Part shown: positions 24,952 through 25,173 of the stretch, one piece after another
How positions within the stretch are numbered: the first letter of the stretch is position 1
How the letters are laid out: each line of letters begins with the position of its first letter
Origin: a virus
Lineage: Duplodnaviria > Caudoviricetes
Length of the DNA: 25,173 bases
IMG/VR virus record: IMGVR_UViG_3300046001_002592
Coordinates: 1-25,173 of that record
Strand: one strand, 5' to 3'
Translations under genes and position numbers: made by a program
The notes under the pieces: model-generated
Told to the model about the DNA's origin: nothing
Databases searched by the model: none
Seen by the model: the letters and a program-made list of their open reading frames with translations, nothing else

Positions 24952-25173
24952 ATCGCAGCTATCACTTTCTCAGATTACTCCAGCGGCCTTGACCTTCGCA
25001 AAGGCGCATCCGTATCAGATGCAAACCGCCTTCGCGTCCTAGATAACTGCTACGTAACTACGGGCAAGACGATCCGCAAGCGTCCTGGGCTTACGCTAGT
25101 CACTACGCTGGAAGCTGGCACGCAAGGACTACGCGCAGCCGGTGGCAAGCTAAACACGTTCTATGGGGTAGGT
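24952..25173 (+). CDS. 5' part of a tail tubular B/DNA-stabilisation protein (partial; apparent ATC start)
   Basis: Open frame IAAITFSDYSSGLDLRKGASVSDANRLRVLDNCYVTTGKTIRKRPGL; the F..GL...N.....KRPG pattern is typical of podovirus nozzle proteins. Runs off the window. Confidence 0.7.
   Translation, partial: MAAITFSDYSSGLDLRKGASVSDANRLRVLDNCYVTTGKTIRKRPGLTLVTTLEAGTQGLRAAGGKLNTFYGVG

Noticed and set aside
1-25173. Diversity-generating retroelement, retron, integrase or transposase
   Set aside because: No reverse transcriptase, recombinase or transposase motifs in any ORF, and no TR/VR-type repeat pair noticed.

Overview
About 25 kb of a temperate tailed-phage genome, probably podovirus-like and probably from a proteobacterial host (both inferred). 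Left to right: a lambdoid immunity region (pL with a boxA/boxB-like leader, paired 17-bp operators, a CI-like repressor without a peptidase domain, Cro, a ribbon-helix-helix gene); an early block (SNF2-like helicase plus DNA methyltransferase, a truncated O-like protein, P-like loader, NinB, NinG, TraR/DksA-like, HTH); TerS, TerL and portal; a lysis and tail/adhesin block placed between portal and scaffold; scaffold, major capsid, adaptor, a protein with two ADP-ribosyltransferase-like domains, and the start of a tail-stabilisation gene. The most notable unexplained element is a ~500-nt ORF-poor, stem-dense region (298-800) between pL and cI with its own candidate promoter. It occurs in a phage whose O-like protein seems to lack an origin-binding domain, which suggests, as a hypothesis only, RNA-dependent replication initiation. 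Also seen: an identical late-promoter motif in two copies, an oop-like antisense unit, and a tail gene with no canonical start codon. All family assignments come from motif recognition by eye; no searches or folding programs were run.
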